From a virus (Duplodnaviria > Caudoviricetes), in IMG/VR virus record IMGVR_UViG_3300044847_000013, positions 1 through 34,320 of that record: a stretch of DNA of 34,320 nt; one strand, 5' to 3'. Below the pieces are notes generated by a model, which saw only the letters and a list, made by a program, of their open reading frames with translations, had not been told where the DNA came from and searched no databases. How positions within the stretch are numbered: the first letter of the stretch is position 1; the number at the start of each line of letters is the position of its first letter. Shown here in pieces: positions 32,408 to 34,320 of the stretch. The position numbers and the translations under genes are program-made.

Positions 32408-33646
32408 TTAAACAGCGCACTTCAGCTTGCGCATGGCTTCGGCAAGGACAACCTGCCCGCCAAGACGGCGACGGAACATGAAGCGGATGTTGCCGCTGGT
32501 CGCCTGCGTGAAGGGATCGCGCAGCATGGTCATGGCAATCCGATCCACCAGCACGTAGCCGCGGCGGAAGTCGCCGAAGCACACCGGGAATGTGTTGGCG
32601 CCCTGGCTGGGCATGTCAGGGCACTCCACATAGGGGGCGCCGTTGATGGTGTTCGGGATACCGGCAGCCAAACCGGGGACCCACAGGTACTCCCCGTTGC
32701 CGTTCTTGAGTGTACGGACGGTCTTCAGAGAGCTGCGGTTCAGGCAGTACATCCCGTTCTTGCTGTACGCCGTCTTGATGTCGTAGTACAGGTTCAGGAT
32801 GCCGTCTGCGGTGATCGCAGCGGCAGCGCCGGAGTTGGTGATCCCGACAGAGGCATTGATGAGCATACCTTCCGGCTTGCCAACCCCGTTGCCGCTGACA
32901 ACCGCAGCGCCTTCCGCCACGGCAAACTGGGTCTGGGCTTCCTCGCGGATTTCGGCCTCCAGATCGAACGCAGAGTCCTCCAGGTTTTGCGAGGAAATGT
33001 CGATCAGCGCGTACATCTCATGCGCGTGGATTTCTTCCATGCCGTAGGTCTGGCCGGTGGTTTCGGAGCGCGTTCCCTGCTCCGCCACCCATTGAGCCGC
33101 GAATTGGCCGGTCCGTTTGGGCAGCTGGATCGACTTCGACATGGTCTGACGCACGCGCACCATGGAGCGCATGGGGCTGAACTCGGTCACGCCCTTGATG
33201 ATCTCGCGGACGTACTCGATCGGCGCCAGGTAGCCGCCAGTCGTATCGTTGCCGACCGACAACGAAGCATAGCGCTTGCCGACATCGTCGAGGGCCGCGC
33301 GCTGGTCGTCGGTCAGATTGACGATCCCCACGGTGTTTGCGGCGATAACGCCACGCGCCCAAGTATTGACGAAAGCCTTGAGGTCTTCCGGATCTTTCTT
33401 CTTGCCACTGATGGCCATGCGGTTGATGGTCGCCTCGATGTTATCGACCTGCTCCTGCATCGCCTTGGCGCTTTGCTCGGCCGCAGTGAGTTTCTGGTTC
33501 AGCGGCTCGAACTTGTCGAAATGCTGATTCAGCTTGTCGATCTGCGCTTCGAGGTTGTCGTCGCGCTTCTTCTGGTTGGCGTCATTGACGCGCTTGAATT
33601 CCTCAAACGCGTTCATGACTTCCTGTACGGGGTCTTTCTCGGCCAT
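32408..33646 (-). CDS. Major capsid protein, HK97 family
   Basis: N-terminal coiled-coil delta domain, GGYLAPIE, AQWVAE, LEDSAFDLE, GNGVGKPEG, FGDFRRGY and RDPFT. Confidence 0.96.
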   Translation of the reverse strand: MAEKDPVQEVMNAFEEFKRVNDANQKKRDDNLEAQIDKLNQHFDKFEPLNQKLTAAEQSAKAMQEQVDNIEATINRMAISGKKKDPEDLKAFVNTWARGVIAANTVGIVNLTDDQRAALDDVGKRYASLSVGNDTTGGYLAPIEYVREIIKGVTEFSPMRSMVRVRQTMSKSIQLPKRTGQFAAQWVAEQGTRSETTGQTYGMEEIHAHEMYALIDISSQNLEDSAFDLEAEIREEAQTQFAVAEGAAVVSGNGVGKPEGMLINASVGITNSGAAAAITADGILNLYYDIKTAYSKNGMYCLNRSSLKTVRTLKNGNGEYLWVPGLAAGIPNTINGAPYVECPDMPSQGANTFPVCFGDFRRGYVLVDRIAMTMLRDPFTQATSGNIRFMFRRRLGGQVVLAEAMRKLKCAV

Positions 33647-33666
33647 GGTTGGCTCCTTCGTAAACG

Positions 33667-33688
33667 AAAAAACCTGCCGAAGCAGGTT
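33667..33688 (-). terminator. Terminator-like hairpin between protease and capsid genes
   Basis: AACCTGC-TTCG-GCAGGTT followed by TTTT on the - strand. Confidence 0.55.
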
Positions 33689-33712
33689 GATTGGGTGGGT
33701 GCTGCGAGAGAT

Positions 33713-34320
33713 TCAGGACGTCATGGCGCGAATATGTTTCGCGAGCCGCAACAGCCCTTCGGTCGCCTGCCCGCCCCCATCGTCGCGATGGGCCTTGGTC
33801 GGCGCAAATGGCTCGTCGTCGCGATGAGCCATCGACTTCGTAGCCAAGGCGGCAATGCGCTTGGCTTGTAGTTGGGAGCAGCCCTCTACATCACGCAGAA
33901 GGCGCTCGAATTCACGGACGGACGGATCATCTTGTCCGTTCAGAAGGTCTTGGGGGGCGTGAATGAAGAGAGGCAGCATTGCCGAGCGAGCGTGCGCTTT
34001 CTTTTCTTTCTTCTTGGCCGGAACCATCGCATCGGCAAACCCTGCGTCTACAGCTTCCTGGCCGCGGAACCACGTTTCCTCGCCAACCCACTTTTCCAGT
34101 TGAGCGCGATCTTTCCCGGTTCGGGCATGGTAAATGTCGATGATCCCGGCCTCCAGGGTATCCAGCACATCGGCCTCTTTACGCATCGCCGTGGCGTCGC
34201 CGATCGAGATTGACCACGGCTTGTGGATCATGATGTGCGACCCTTCGGCGATCCTGATCTCATCGCCAGCCATGGCGATCACGGATGCAATGGATGCCGC
34301 AACCCCTTCAATGTCCATGA
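33713..34320 (-). CDS. ClpP-type (S14) prohead protease, 5' part outside window
   Basis: EGVAASIASVIAMAGD, IMIHKPW and ETWF...EAVDAGFAD; the ORF runs off the window edge. Confidence 0.92.
   Translation of the reverse strand, partial: MDIEGVAASIASVIAMAGDEIRIAEGSHIMIHKPWSISIGDATAMRKEADVLDTLEAGIIDIYHARTGKDRAQLEKWVGEETWFRGQEAVDAGFADAMVPAKKKEKKAHARSAMLPLFIHAPQDLLNGQDDPSVREFERLLRDVEGCSQLQAKRIAALATKSMAHRDDEPFAPTKAHRDDGGGQATEGLLRLAKHIRAMTS

Larger units (their letters stand above)
1..34320. mobile_element. Temperate tailed phage genome segment (non-integrated form, attP intact)
   Basis: All recognisable genes are phage genes (recombination, int/xis, lysis, tail, head). Phage genes lie on both sides of the att core and no host genes are seen. 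Confidence 0.93.

Noticed and set aside
26721-33871. Long + strand ORFs (26721..27683, 29737..30813, 32348..33871)
   Set aside because: They are antisense shadows of well-supported structural genes in high-GC DNA, with no recognisable motifs.

Overview
A 34.3-kb slice of a high-GC temperate, long-tailed (siphovirus-type) phage genome in its non-integrated form. Left (+ strand): an early/recombination operon (lambda-like Bet, YqaJ exonuclease, beta-clamp-like protein, DUF4406), ~4.8 kb of small ORFs, an excisionase-like gene, a convergent P4-type tyrosine integrase and an intact attP with a tRNA-Ser-like core. Right (- strand): a late operon with ClpP-type prohead protease, HK97 capsid, neck, tail tube, G/GT chaperones with a -1 frameshift, tape measure, GTA-type tail tip and lysis genes. 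Main discovery: the small ORFs at 3678-8492 form an integron-like gene-cassette array inside the phage. About 11 cassettes are separated by attC-like sites (RYYYAAC-5nt-L...L-5nt-GTTRRRY), and most cassettes have complementary terminal cores. The extrahelical-base pattern indicates that the sites are inverted relative to their genes compared with bacterial integrons. A candidate attI-like site with direct repeats ends the array, and no IntI is present in the window. Secondary oddities: a duplicated tail terminator flanking an inserted fibre-like module, one small beta-domain reused in four virion proteins, and a signal-peptide HNH protein next to the lysis genes. All family assignments are by eye, with no database searches.
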